A stretch of 64,000 nt of DNA from Mesorhizobium sp. (GCA_049650385.1 JBASAA010000006.1:20979-84978); one strand, 5' to 3'. Shown: positions 52,044 to 60,926, numbered from the stretch's first letter. Made by a program: numbers and translations. Notes: a model not told the origin generated them from the letters alone.

Positions 52044-53285
52044 TCAGTGACTCGCCGCCGTTGCGCCCATTTCGTTCAGGAGACTGAACGACTGGAACCG
52101 TTCCAGGGAAAACGGCTTCAGGATGTCCGGCACCCTGCCACCGGCGATCGTTTCGGCCATGCGCTTGCCGGCCACAGGCGTGGCCTTGAACCCCCAGGTG
52201 CCCCAGCCGCAATCGAGCCACAGATTGGCGAGCGGACTCGCTCCCATGATCGGGCTGTAGTCGGGCGTCATGTCGGTGATGCCGGCCCATTGCCGGAGCA
52301 GGCGCACGTTTTGCAGAAACGGGAAAAGATGCACGGCGCCCGCAGCGAGGTGCTCCTTCATGTCCAGCGTCGAGCGTGTCGAATAAAGCTGGTAGGGATC
52401 CGAACCGCCGCCGATGACGATCTCGCCCCGGGAGGACTGGACGAGATAGGTGTGCAGCGACACCGACGACACGAGCGTGTGCAGCCACGGCTTGAGCGGC
52501 TGCGTCACCATCGCCTGGAGGGGGTAGCAGCGGATCGGCAATTCAACGCCCGCCTTCAGCGCCATCTCGTAGTTCATTCCTCCGGTGGCGATCATGGCCT
52601 GCCCGCAGGAGATCGCGCCGCGGTCGGTTACGACCTTCCGGACACGCCCGCCGCCGATCTCGAAGGCGGTCACCTCGGTGCGCTGATGTATTTCGACGCC
52701 GCGCCGGCTTGCCTGCGCGGCGTACCCCCAGGCGACCGCGTCATGGCGGGCCGTGCCGCCGTCGGCGTGCCAAAGGCCGCCGAGGATCTCGAGCGGACCG
52801 CCATAATCCATGTTCAGCAGGGGCGAGAGCTTCTCGACTTCCTTCTGGTCGACCACCTCGGTGCGCGTGCCGAGATGGGTCCCCATCGCGGCGCGCGCCT
52901 TGAAGCTGCGCAGCGTCGCCTCGGTATGCGCCAGCGTGAGCTGGCCCCGCTGGGAAAACATCACGTTGAAGTCGAGTTCCTGCGACATGCGCTCGTAGAG
53001 TTCGACCCCTTCCTTATAGAAGGCAATACCCTCGGGCGTGATGTAGTTGGAGCGGATGGTGGTGGTGTTGCGGGCCGTATTGCCGCCCGCCAGATAGCCC
53101 TTCTCCAGAACCGCGACATCGGTGATGCCATGATATTTCGACAGATAGTGCGCGCAAGCAAGGCCGTGCCCGCCCCCACCGATGATGACGACGTCGTAGT
53201 GGCGTTTCAGGTCGGGTGTCGGCGGTATGTCGCGCCGCGCAGGATAGGTGCGGCTGAAACCGTATTTGAGGAGGCTAAAGGGCAT
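52044..53285 (-). CDS. soxB: Sarcosine oxidase beta subunit
   Basis: MPFSLLKYGFSR...HYDVVIIGGGGHGLACAHYL...GGNTARNTTTIRSNY... The protein is 413 aa from the ATG at 53285; the track ORF extends to 53411. Confidence 0.92.
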   Translation of the reverse strand: MPFSLLKYGFSRTYPARRDIPPTPDLKRHYDVVIIGGGGHGLACAHYLSKYHGITDVAVLEKGYLAGGNTARNTTTIRSNYITPEGIAFYKEGVELYERMSQELDFNVMFSQRGQLTLAHTEATLRSFKARAAMGTHLGTRTEVVDQKEVEKLSPLLNMDYGGPLEILGGLWHADGGTARHDAVAWGYAAQASRRGVEIHQRTEVTAFEIGGGRVRKVVTDRGAISCGQAMIATGGMNYEMALKAGVELPIRCYPLQAMVTQPLKPWLHTLVSSVSLHTYLVQSSRGEIVIGGGSDPYQLYSTRSTLDMKEHLAAGAVHLFPFLQNVRLLRQWAGITDMTPDYSPIMGASPLANLWLDCGWGTWGFKATPVAGKRMAETIAGGRVPDILKPFSLERFQSFSLLNEMGATAASH

Positions 53286-53438
53286 GGCGACCGGGAGCCT
53301 CGGGCCGGCCGAAGGCGAAAATGCGCGCGCTTTCCTCGTGGGGGTGCGATGGCGCCAGACCCGCCGCGCGGATGTTCGTGCAACTGGAGACGAGGCCCGT
53401 CCCATGATCACGCTGCGATCGGCTCACGAACGCCACTT

Positions 53439-53466
53439 TCATATCTCCCCCATCGTCGAGATATGA
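53439..53466. promoter_or_regulatory. LysR-type dyad in the soxB / LysR divergent region
   Basis: TCATATCTC (53439-53447), a 10-nt spacer, then GAGATATGA (53458-53466), forming perfect 9-bp arms. It lies immediately upstream of the candidate LysR promoter. Confidence 0.4.
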
Positions 53467-53471
53467 TTAAT

Positions 53472-53499
53472 TTGACCTCATATGGAATTCACGTAATAA
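53472..53499 (+). promoter_or_regulatory. Sigma70-like promoter for the LysR gene
   Basis: TTGACC (53472-53477), a 16-nt spacer, then TAATAA (53494-53499), about 95 nt upstream of the ATG at 53595. Confidence 0.3.
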
Positions 53500-53594
53500 G
53501 TTCAGCCTCATTGCTCAAAAAAAACGATGCCACTGCCCTGCCACACCGCAACTGCCGGAGGTAAGGGCGCTTTCGAGAGCCTTGGGAACCGGGG

Positions 53595-54479
53595 ATGAAG
53601 CCGCCACCGCCTCTGAATTACATTCGCTCCTTCGAGTGCTCGGCGCGGCATTTGAGCTTCACCGCGGCCGCGAGCGAACTCGGATACACCCAGGCTGCCG
53701 TCAGCAATCATGTGCGGGCGCTGGAGCATTATATCGGCCGGCAGCTATTCGTCCGCTATCCGCGCAGCCTCAAGCTGACCGAGGTCGGGGAGGCGTTCCT
53801 GCCGACGTTGCGGCAGGCGCTCGAACAGATCGACTTCGCCACCGACGCGATCGTGGCTTCGGCGCGCAACCGTACCGTCGTCGTCTCCTGCCCGATGAGC
53901 CTTGCCGAGAATTGGCTGGCCGGCTGCATGGCTGCCTTCAACGTGAAGCATCCGGAGACGGAGCTGCTCCTGCACGGCACCATATGGGAGGACATGAACG
54001 AACAGGCGGCCGACATCACCATTTCCATTCGCCGCTTCGATGACCGCCCGGCCGATGCTGTTCCGCTGTGGCGCGACAAGCTGGCGCTTTTATGCGCGCC
54101 GGGGCTGCTCGAAGGACCCCGCAAGCTTGAGGAACCGGCCGATATCCTGAATTTCGACTGGATATTCGTCCATGGCCGCCAGGAATACTGGAAGGCCATG
54201 AGCGAGGCGCTGGGGATCACCACGTCGGGGCATGAAAAGGGCATCACCACCAATGCCTCCAACATCGCGCTGGAACTGGCGGCGATGGGCACTGGCTGCG
54301 TCGCCATGCAGGTTTCGCTGGCGCGCATCTATCTGCAACGGGGTCTGCTCGTGGAGCCGTTTGCAATCCGTGCCGCCAGCCCGTGGAGCTATTACCTCGG
54401 CACCAACCAGCTTTCGAAGAGCAGTGCCGTCAGGCGGGCGAAGGAATGGATCATCGCGCACGGCAAGGAAATGGAATAG
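53595..54479 (+). CDS. LysR-family transcriptional regulator (GcvA-like)
   Basis: HTH ...LNYIRSFECSARHLSFTAAASELGYTQAAVSNHVRALEHYIG... The gene is divergent from soxB. Confidence 0.9.
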   Translation: MKPPPPLNYIRSFECSARHLSFTAAASELGYTQAAVSNHVRALEHYIGRQLFVRYPRSLKLTEVGEAFLPTLRQALEQIDFATDAIVASARNRTVVVSCPMSLAENWLAGCMAAFNVKHPETELLLHGTIWEDMNEQAADITISIRRFDDRPADAVPLWRDKLALLCAPGLLEGPRKLEEPADILNFDWIFVHGRQEYWKAMSEALGITTSGHEKGITTNASNIALELAAMGTGCVAMQVSLARIYLQRGLLVEPFAIRAASPWSYYLGTNQLSKSSAVRRAKEWIIAHGKEME

Positions 54480-54565
54480 GCGAGGGCATCCGGTGGACGC
54501 TTTCGCGCGCAATCGCGTCCGAATCGAACGCGACAGCGGTTCAAAGCCGTGCTCTTGCTCGCCAA

Positions 54566-54597
54566 CCGGCAGGAGGGTTGACGTTGCGACCTGCCGG
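54566..54597 (+). other. Stem-loop between the LysR gene and the aminotransferase gene
   Basis: CCGGCAGG (54566-54573), a 16-nt loop, then CCTGCCGG (54590-54597). It lies 33 nt upstream of the ATG at 54631 and has no U-tract. Confidence 0.25.
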
Positions 54598-54630
54598 CAA
54601 ATGCCCTGGGACTGGAAAGACGGGATATAA

Positions 54631-55848
54631 ATGAGTTCGATCGAGACGAAGTTCGCGAAACTGGCAACCGACAATGCGCCGGGCCAGGAGGCGCGCCAGG
54701 GCACGGGCGCTGTCGACGCCCTCCTGCGCGGGGGCAGCATCCCGGGCGTCCCGGTCGATTTCTCCCATGGCGACGTCGATGCCTTCCTCCCCACGCCCGG
54801 CGCGTTCGAGGAATTCTCGGCCGGGGTCGAGCGTGGCGGCCGGCAGGCCTATACCGAATATCGCGGCAGTCCCGAGATTCGTGACATGCTGGCGGGCAGG
54901 CTGGCCCGCTTCACCGGCGCTCCCGTTTCGGGTGGGGACGGGTTGATCATCACGCCGGGAACGCAAGGCGCGCTGTTTCTCGCCCTCGCCGCGACCGTGT
55001 CGGCGGGCGACAAGGTGGCGATCGTGCAGCCGGATTATTTTGCCAACCGTAAGCTGGTCCAGTTCTTCGACGGCGAGATCGTTCCCGTCAGGCTCGACTA
55101 TCTCGGCACGCAGGGGGCGGCAGGCCTCGATCTCGACGCGCTTCACGATGCGTTCAAGGCGGGTGCCAGGTTGTTCGTGTTCTCCAATCCGAACAACCCC
55201 GCCGGCGTCGTCTATTCGCAACAGGAGATTGCGACGATCGCCGAGCTTGCCGGCAGATATGGCGCGACCGTCATCGTCGACCAGCTCTACTCGCGGCTGT
55301 TGTACGACGGCAGGGACTACACCCATCTTCGTGCGTCCGCTATCGATCCCGAAAACGTCGTAACCATCATGGGGCCTTCCAAGACGGAGTCGCTGAGCGG
55401 CTACCGGCTGGGCGTGGCCTTCGGCTCGCCGCGCGTCATCGATCGCATGGAAAAGCTGCAGGCAATCGTTTCGCTGCGGGCACCGGGTTACAGCCAGGCG
55501 GTCCTGAACACCTGGTTTGCGGAACAGGCGGGTTGGATGGATGAGCGCATCGTGCTGCACAGGGCCATTCGCGACGACCTGCTCTCAGCGCTGGGCGCCG
55601 TCGAGGGGCTGCGGGCGCGCAAGCCCGAAGCGGGAAGCTATCTCTTTCCGAAACTGCCGGCGCTCGATGTCTCGACCCAGGATTTCGTCCGTATCCTGCG
55701 CCAGCAGGCCGCCGTCACGGTAACGCCGGGTTCCGAGTTCGGCCCGCACTCGCTGGACAGCGTGCGCCTCAACTTTTCGCAGGACCACAAGGCAGCCGTC
55801 CACGCCATCGAGAGGACGGTGGAACTCATCAGACGCTACCGGAAATAA
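54631..55848 (+). CDS. Class I/II PLP-dependent aminotransferase
   Basis: ...FSNPNNPAGVVYS... and the PLP-Lys context IMGPSKTESLSGYRLG. The protein is 405 aa. Confidence 0.85.
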   Translation: MSSIETKFAKLATDNAPGQEARQGTGAVDALLRGGSIPGVPVDFSHGDVDAFLPTPGAFEEFSAGVERGGRQAYTEYRGSPEIRDMLAGRLARFTGAPVSGGDGLIITPGTQGALFLALAATVSAGDKVAIVQPDYFANRKLVQFFDGEIVPVRLDYLGTQGAAGLDLDALHDAFKAGARLFVFSNPNNPAGVVYSQQEIATIAELAGRYGATVIVDQLYSRLLYDGRDYTHLRASAIDPENVVTIMGPSKTESLSGYRLGVAFGSPRVIDRMEKLQAIVSLRAPGYSQAVLNTWFAEQAGWMDERIVLHRAIRDDLLSALGAVEGLRARKPEAGSYLFPKLPALDVSTQDFVRILRQQAAVTVTPGSEFGPHSLDSVRLNFSQDHKAAVHAIERTVELIRRYRK

Positions 55849-55886
55849 GAGAAAGCCACGCTTGTCCGCTCGGCACGTGCGCCTGA

Positions 55887-56558
55887 CTATTTTTGAACGG
55901 AATTGACGCTCCTGGCATAGGCGGCGAAGTCGGTGATATCCTCGTGCGTCGGCTCCTGGCCCGTAAAGCTGCGCAGATAGGCGGCAACCAGCGAAAGGCG
56001 GTTGTCCAGCGGCTCGTGCAGTTCCAGCGAATAGTAGCCGATCTGCATGAAATAAAGGACGCGCGCTCGCACGAAAGCATCGTCCGGCGCATAGCCATGC
56101 CTCAGGAACATGTCGCGGATCGCCGCCACGCGCTCGTCGTCGGCCTGGTCGATCCGCCGCCTTACCGAGCCGGATTGACGGGCCCATGCGCGGATCGCGA
56201 AATCCAGTCGCGGGTCGAAAAGCTTCACGTCCAGCCAGCACTCGAAAACGCTCATCACGCCACGGATGATCGTCGCCGATGGCCGTGACGCACGGTCGAC
56301 GATGAAATGCGTGTTGGTTTCGCGCCAGTAGGCGAGCAACTGGTCAAGCAGATCCTGCCGGCTCTGGAAGTACCAATAGAAGCTGGATCGGGAGACACCC
56401 AGCTTCTGGCCACGCGACAGCACCCGGACACTCTCGACTCCGTCCGAGATCAAGGTGTCCAGGGCCAGCTTCAGCCAGTCTTCCCGGGTTACCTTGACGT
56501 TTCCGTTTGCGGCGATCGGCCGCTTCGCTGTCTTGCCCATCGCAAGCACCATTGTCAC
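55887..56558 (-). CDS. TetR/AcrR-family transcriptional regulator
   Basis: HTH ...VRVLSRGQKLGVSRSSFYWYFQSRQDLL... The start is uncertain among GTG 56558, ATG 56552 and ATG 56540. The gene is divergent from the second mttB paralogue. Confidence 0.85.
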   Translation of the reverse strand: MTMVLAMGKTAKRPIAANGNVKVTREDWLKLALDTLISDGVESVRVLSRGQKLGVSRSSFYWYFQSRQDLLDQLLAYWRETNTHFIVDRASRPSATIIRGVMSVFECWLDVKLFDPRLDFAIRAWARQSGSVRRRIDQADDERVAAIRDMFLRHGYAPDDAFVRARVLYFMQIGYYSLELHEPLDNRLSLVAAYLRSFTGQEPTHEDITDFAAYARSVNSVQK

Positions 56559-56582
56559 GGCCGGGTTCGCCGATCAAGTGTA

Positions 56583-56613
56583 TGGACATACGTGTCCAGA
56601 ATTTGTCTGGACA
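56583..56613. promoter_or_regulatory. TetR-type operator: three TGGACA/TGTCCA half-sites forming two overlapping dyads
   Basis: TGGACA (56583-56588), TACG, then TGTCCA (56593-56598). A second dyad is TGTCCAGA (56593-56600), ATTTG, then TCTGGACA (56606-56613). The site lies between the divergent TetR and mttB-2 genes. Confidence 0.5.
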
Positions 56614-56679
56614 ACTATGTACAGAGTCAATAGGCTCCGTCTCCGGATTTAGTCGCAACAGGTTCTGGGGGCTGGTTTC

Positions 56680-58248
56680 GTGGAGGAAGCTTCGACGCTG
56701 GATAATCCGGCCGGTGCGGAAAAACGGCAGCGCGGCGGCCGCAGGCTTCGCGGTGGTCACACGCCGCCCGCGCGCCAGCCGGATTATCGCAACCTTCGCA
56801 ACACGTTCACGCCGCAACCGGTGTTTTCAGCGGACCAGGTCGAGGCGATCCACGACACCGCCCTGCGTATCCTCGAAGACCTCGGGCTGAAAGTGCTGTT
56901 GCCGCAGGCGCGCGATATCTTCCGGGCGGCCGGTTGTCTTGTCGACGACGACACCATGATGGTTCGCATCGGGCGCGATGCGGTGGCGGCTGCGTTGTCG
57001 AGCGCGCCGAAGTCGATTGTCGCACGCGCTGGTATCCGTGAGCGCGACGTCGTCCTCGAGCACGGCGCGCTCGCCTTCGTCGCCGGCTGCGGCTGCCCCA
57101 ACGTGACGGACCTTGACCGGGGCCGGCGGACGGGGACGCTGGTCGATTTCGAGGAATTGACCCGGCTCGTCCAGCATTTCGATGTTCTGCACATGCACGG
57201 CCCGCACGTCGAACCCCAGGATGTCGACCTGCGCTTTCGGCATTATGCCACCTTGCGCGCGCAACTGACGCTTTCGGACAAGCTGCCGTTCATCTTCGCC
57301 AGAGGCACGCCGCAGGTCGAGGACAGCTTCGAGATGATGCGCATCGCGCGTAGCCTTGGCGAGGACGAGTTCCGCGCCGGCGTCCACTGCTACGCCATCA
57401 TCAACACCAATTCGCCCCGCCTGCTCGACATCCCGATGGCGCAGGGCATCATCGATTTTGCCAAGGCCGGCCAGTTGACCGTCATCACGCCCTTCTGCCT
57501 TGCCGGGGCGATGGCGCCGATAACCGTAGCCGGCGCGCTCGTGTTGCAGCACGCGGAGGCATTGGCCGGGATCACGCTGGCGCAACTGACGCGGCCGGGG
57601 GCGCCGGTCGTCTATGGTAGTTTCTCCTCCAACGTCGACATGAAATCCGGTGCTCCGGCGTTCGGGACGCCGGAACATGCCAAGGCGACCCTTGGGGCGG
57701 GCCAGCTTGCGCGGTATCTCGGGCTGCCGTGGCGGGCCGGCGGCGGCAGTGCGGCCAACATCGCCGATGCCCAGGCCGCCAACGAGACGCAGTTCGCGCT
57801 GTGGGGGGCGGTGCTTGCGGGTGCGACCATGCTGGTCCATTCGGCCGGCTGGCTGGAGGGCGGGCTGAGCCTCTCCTACGAGAAGCTGATCACCGATATC
57901 GAAGTCCTGCAGATGATGGCGGAACTCTTTTCCGCCACACCGGGGGATGCCGATGCGATCGCCTTCGAGGCGATCCGGGAAATCCAGCCGGGCGGTCACT
58001 TCTTCGCGGCCGAGCACACCATGGCGCGCTATCGGACGGCATTCTACGAGCCTTTCGTCGCCGACTGGTCGAATTTCGGCAACTGGACCGCAGCCGGCGG
58101 CAAGGACGCGACGCGGCGGGCAAATGCGGTGTGGAAGGACGTGCTGGAACAGGCCGGCCCACCGGCGTGGGCGGCCGAACTCGGACCCGCGCTGGATGAA
58201 TTCATCGAGCGGCGAAAGACGGAAGGCGGCGCATCTCCGGTTTCCTAG
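56680..58248 (+). CDS. MttB-family methyltransferase, non-pyrrolysine type (second paralogue)
   Basis: 522-aa uninterrupted ORF with a GTG start. It has ...QPDYRNLRNTFTPQPVFSADQVEAIHDTALRILEDLG... and the same conserved blocks as 45760..47298 (NSPRL, SNVDMKSGAPAFGTPE, AGWLEGGLSLSYEKLITD, GGHFFAAEHTMARY). Confidence 0.88.
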   Translation: MEEASTLDNPAGAEKRQRGGRRLRGGHTPPARQPDYRNLRNTFTPQPVFSADQVEAIHDTALRILEDLGLKVLLPQARDIFRAAGCLVDDDTMMVRIGRDAVAAALSSAPKSIVARAGIRERDVVLEHGALAFVAGCGCPNVTDLDRGRRTGTLVDFEELTRLVQHFDVLHMHGPHVEPQDVDLRFRHYATLRAQLTLSDKLPFIFARGTPQVEDSFEMMRIARSLGEDEFRAGVHCYAIINTNSPRLLDIPMAQGIIDFAKAGQLTVITPFCLAGAMAPITVAGALVLQHAEALAGITLAQLTRPGAPVVYGSFSSNVDMKSGAPAFGTPEHAKATLGAGQLARYLGLPWRAGGGSAANIADAQAANETQFALWGAVLAGATMLVHSAGWLEGGLSLSYEKLITDIEVLQMMAELFSATPGDADAIAFEAIREIQPGGHFFAAEHTMARYRTAFYEPFVADWSNFGNWTAAGGKDATRRANAVWKDVLEQAGPPAWAAELGPALDEFIERRKTEGGASPVS

Positions 58249-58296
58249 TTCGAGGATGCACAAAGTAACCAGCAACAGGCAAGGCAAGGGGAAAAG

Positions 58297-59955
58297 ATGG
58301 CGTTTTTCAATCGCAACGGCAAGCCGGTCTCACGCTTCGTATCGGCGCTTGTGGGTGAGGTCGGGGCCGAAAGGATGGATCGGCGGGAATTCCTCTCGAT
58401 CGCCAGTGCGATGGGAGCGTCGGCCGCGACCGCCTATGCCATGATCGGCCTCGCCGCGCCGGCGCCCGCGATGGCCGAGGACCAGCAGCCGAAGAAGGGG
58501 GGCGTGCTCAAGATCGCGATGCTGTGCAAGCCGATCCGCGATCCGCGGACCTTCGACTGGGTGGAAGGCTCCAACGCCGCCCGGCAGTTTCTCGAACCGC
58601 TGGTGAAGTACGAGCGGGATTTCACCTTCAAGCCGATGCTGCTGGAAAGCTGGGAAACCAATGACGACGCGACGGAATACGTCCTGCATGTGCGCAAGGG
58701 CGTGACGTGGAACAACGGCGACACCTTCGATGCCGACGACGTCATCTTCAACCTGAAGCGCTGGTGCGATTCCTCCGTGGAAGGCAATTCGATGGCCGGG
58801 CGCATGGTTTCGCTCATCGACCCGGCGACGGGCAAGGCCAGCGAGAGTGCGATCGTCAAGGTGGACGACTACACGATCAGGCTGGTGCTTCCGGCATCGG
58901 ACATTTCCATCATTCCGGGCTTTGTCGATTTCCCCGGCCTGATCGTCCATCGCGACTACGAGAAGATGGGGTCGGACCTCGTCAAGAATCCCATCGGCAC
59001 CGGCGCCTTCGAGCTGGTTTCCTATTCGGTGGGCGAGCGCATCGTGGTCAAGCGGCGCGAAAGCGGCAAGTGGTGGGGCGGCGAAGCCTATCTCGACGGC
59101 GTGGAATTCATCGACTACGGCAACGATCCGTCGGCGATGGTCAATGCCTTCGAGTCCAGGGAAGTCCACACCAACTACGAAACCAACGCGGATTTCGTGG
59201 AGGTTCTCGACGGAATGGGGCTGGTCAAGTCCGAGGTGGAAACCGCCGCGACGATCGTTGCCCGCACCAATGTCACCAGCGATCCGTTCCAGGACCAGCG
59301 CGTGCGCAAGGCGTTGCAGCTTGCGGTCGATAACGCCGGCGTGCTGAAGCTCGCCTATGGCGACCACGGCACGCTGGCCGAGCATCACCATGTCAGCCCG
59401 ATCCATCCCGAATATGCGAAAATCCCGCCGGTCGAGCGCGATCTGGCCAAGGCGAAGGAACTGATGGAAGCGGCCGGGAAACTGGACCACGAGTTCGAAC
59501 TCATCACCGTGGACGAGGAGTGGCAGAAAAATGCCGGCGATGTAATCGCCGCCCAGCAGCGCGAGGCCGGGTTCAAGATCAAGAGGACCGTCATCCCCGG
59601 CAGTTCCTTCTGGAACGACTGGACCAAATATCCGTATTCGATGACCATCTGGAACATGCGGCCGCTTGGCGTGCAGGCGCTTGCGCTTGCCTATCGAACC
59701 GGCGGAACGTGGAACGAGACGGGCTACGCCAATCCCGATTTCGATGCCAAGCTCGACAAGGCCATGACCGTCGCCGACGTTGAGGAACGCCGCAAGCTGA
59801 TGGCCGAAATCCAGCAAATTCTCCAGGCTTCGGGCATCATCGCGCAACCGTTCTGGCGCAAGTTCTACAATCACTCGGTCCCGGCCGTGAAGAACCACGG
59901 CATGCACCAGACCAATGAGATCAACGTGGAAAGCGTCTGGCTGGACGAATCCTGA
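58297..59955 (+). CDS. ABC transporter substrate-binding protein, family 5, twin-arginine signal; no cognate permease on its strand (orphan)
   Basis: ...[36 protein letters not shown]... It is a paralogue of the protein at 28328..30028, sharing ...LESWE...DD...L.VRKGV.W.NG... GGGGA lies 5 nt upstream of the ATG. Confidence 0.85.
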   Translation: MAFFNRNGKPVSRFVSALVGEVGAERMDRREFLSIASAMGASAATAYAMIGLAAPAPAMAEDQQPKKGGVLKIAMLCKPIRDPRTFDWVEGSNAARQFLEPLVKYERDFTFKPMLLESWETNDDATEYVLHVRKGVTWNNGDTFDADDVIFNLKRWCDSSVEGNSMAGRMVSLIDPATGKASESAIVKVDDYTIRLVLPASDISIIPGFVDFPGLIVHRDYEKMGSDLVKNPIGTGAFELVSYSVGERIVVKRRESGKWWGGEAYLDGVEFIDYGNDPSAMVNAFESREVHTNYETNADFVEVLDGMGLVKSEVETAATIVARTNVTSDPFQDQRVRKALQLAVDNAGVLKLAYGDHGTLAEHHHVSPIHPEYAKIPPVERDLAKAKELMEAAGKLDHEFELITVDEEWQKNAGDVIAAQQREAGFKIKRTVIPGSSFWNDWTKYPYSMTIWNMRPLGVQALALAYRTGGTWNETGYANPDFDAKLDKAMTVADVEERRKLMAEIQQILQASGIIAQPFWRKFYNHSVPAVKNHGMHQTNEINVESVWLDES

Positions 59956-59957
59956 CT

Positions 59958-60926
59958 TCAGCCGGCCGGCGCCTCCAGCGGGTGGTGGCAGGCGACCTGC
60001 TGCCGCTCGCCGATCGGCCGCATCTGTGGATCGGTGGTCCGGCACAGTTCGCTTGCGCGCGGGCAGCGCGGATGAAAGCTGCAGCCGGACGGGCGGGCCG
60101 CGGGGTCGGGCGTTTCCCCTTTCAGGACCGTCCGCACGCGGGTACGCTCGCGCACGGGATCGGGGAGCGGGATCGCCGACAGCAGGGCGGCCGTGTAGGG
60201 ATGCCGCGGCGTCTCGAACAGGCTCGCGCGCGGCGCGATCTCGACGATGCGTCCCAGATACATCACCGCGACATCCCGGCACATATGCGCCACGACGCTG
60301 AGATCGTGGCTGATGAACAGCATGGTCGTGCCGCGGTCGGCCTGCAAGGCGCGCAGCAGGTTCATGATCTGCGCCCGCGTCGAGACATCGAGCGCGGAGA
60401 CGGGTTCGTCCGCGACGATGAAGGCGGGATCGGTGCTGATCGCCCGGGCGATGACCGCCCGCTGCCGCTGGCCGCCGGAAATCTCGTGCGGATAGCGCGG
60501 CAGGAACGCCGCCGGCAGCCCGGCCTGCTCGATCACCTCGGCCGCCCGGCTGCGCGCATCCGCCCGCGACCATCCCTGCACCCGCAGGTGCTCCACGATG
60601 GTATCGCCGATCGTCATGCGTGGATTGAGCGCGCTCGACGGATCCTGGAAGATGATCTGTCGCTGGCGCCTCAGCTTTGCCAGCGCCGTACGGTCGGGCG
60701 AGGCCGTGTCGAGGCCGTCGAAAACGACCTTGCCGAGCGTCGGTTTCTGCAACCCGACAAGCGTGCGCCCCAGCGTGCTCTTGCCGCTACCGCTCTCGCC
60801 GACGAGGCCGATCGTGGCGCCTCGGAGAATCTCGAGGTCGACGCCGTCGAGTGCACGCAGCGTACGTTGCTCCGACAGCCGGTAATGGCGCGCCACGCCA
60901 ACCGCTTCAATGAGGATGTCGCTCAT
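59958..60926 (-). CDS. ABC transporter ATP-binding protein (DppF/OppF-like)
   Basis: [15 protein letters not shown]..., Walker A GESGSGKST, signature ISGGQRQRAVIARAI and Walker B IVADEP. ATGA overlap with the upstream ATPase at 60923-60926. Confidence 0.92.
   Translation of the reverse strand: MSDILIEAVGVARHYRLSEQRTLRALDGVDLEILRGATIGLVGESGSGKSTLGRTLVGLQKPTLGKVVFDGLDTASPDRTALAKLRRQRQIIFQDPSSALNPRMTIGDTIVEHLRVQGWSRADARSRAAEVIEQAGLPAAFLPRYPHEISGGQRQRAVIARAISTDPAFIVADEPVSALDVSTRAQIMNLLRALQADRGTTMLFISHDLSVVAHMCRDVAVMYLGRIVEIAPRASLFETPRHPYTAALLSAIPLPDPVRERTRVRTVLKGETPDPAARPSGCSFHPRCPRASELCRTTDPQMRPIGERQQVACHHPLEAPAG

Noticed and set aside
48293-53411. N-terminal extensions of soxG (to 49198), soxA (to 52022), soxB (to 53411), dmgdh (to 45874) and the 2-hydroxyacid dehydrogenase (to 48623) given by the ORF track
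   Set aside because: The extensions overlap the upstream gene, are Arg/Pro-rich, and precede internal ATGs. Those ATGs give canonical N-termini (MNRLPAPW, MPFSLLKY, MRTHAQVVVIGGG, MMQFSS, MIAMSRQ) with tight or coupled spacing.
53509-53516. A8 run (T8 on the minus strand) as an intrinsic terminator
   Set aside because: No preceding stable hairpin exists on the minus strand, and no minus-strand gene ends there. It lies in the 5' leader of the LysR gene.
50895-53564. 889-aa plus-strand ORF, and similar long ORFs at 49320..50744, 45856..46770 and 47727..48596
   Set aside because: All are antisense to soxA/soxB/mttB or the 2-hydroxyacid dehydrogenase gene, whose own frames carry unmistakable family motifs. 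The composition is Arg/Gly/Ala/Pro-dominated.
58330-60573. 747-aa minus-strand ORF, and similar ORFs at 28610..30034, 35478..36827, 34330..35466, 26507..27628, 18933..20159, 21515..22228, 56827..58287 and 59982..62062
   Set aside because: They are antisense or out-of-frame shadows of well-supported genes. No SD or start context and no family motifs are present.
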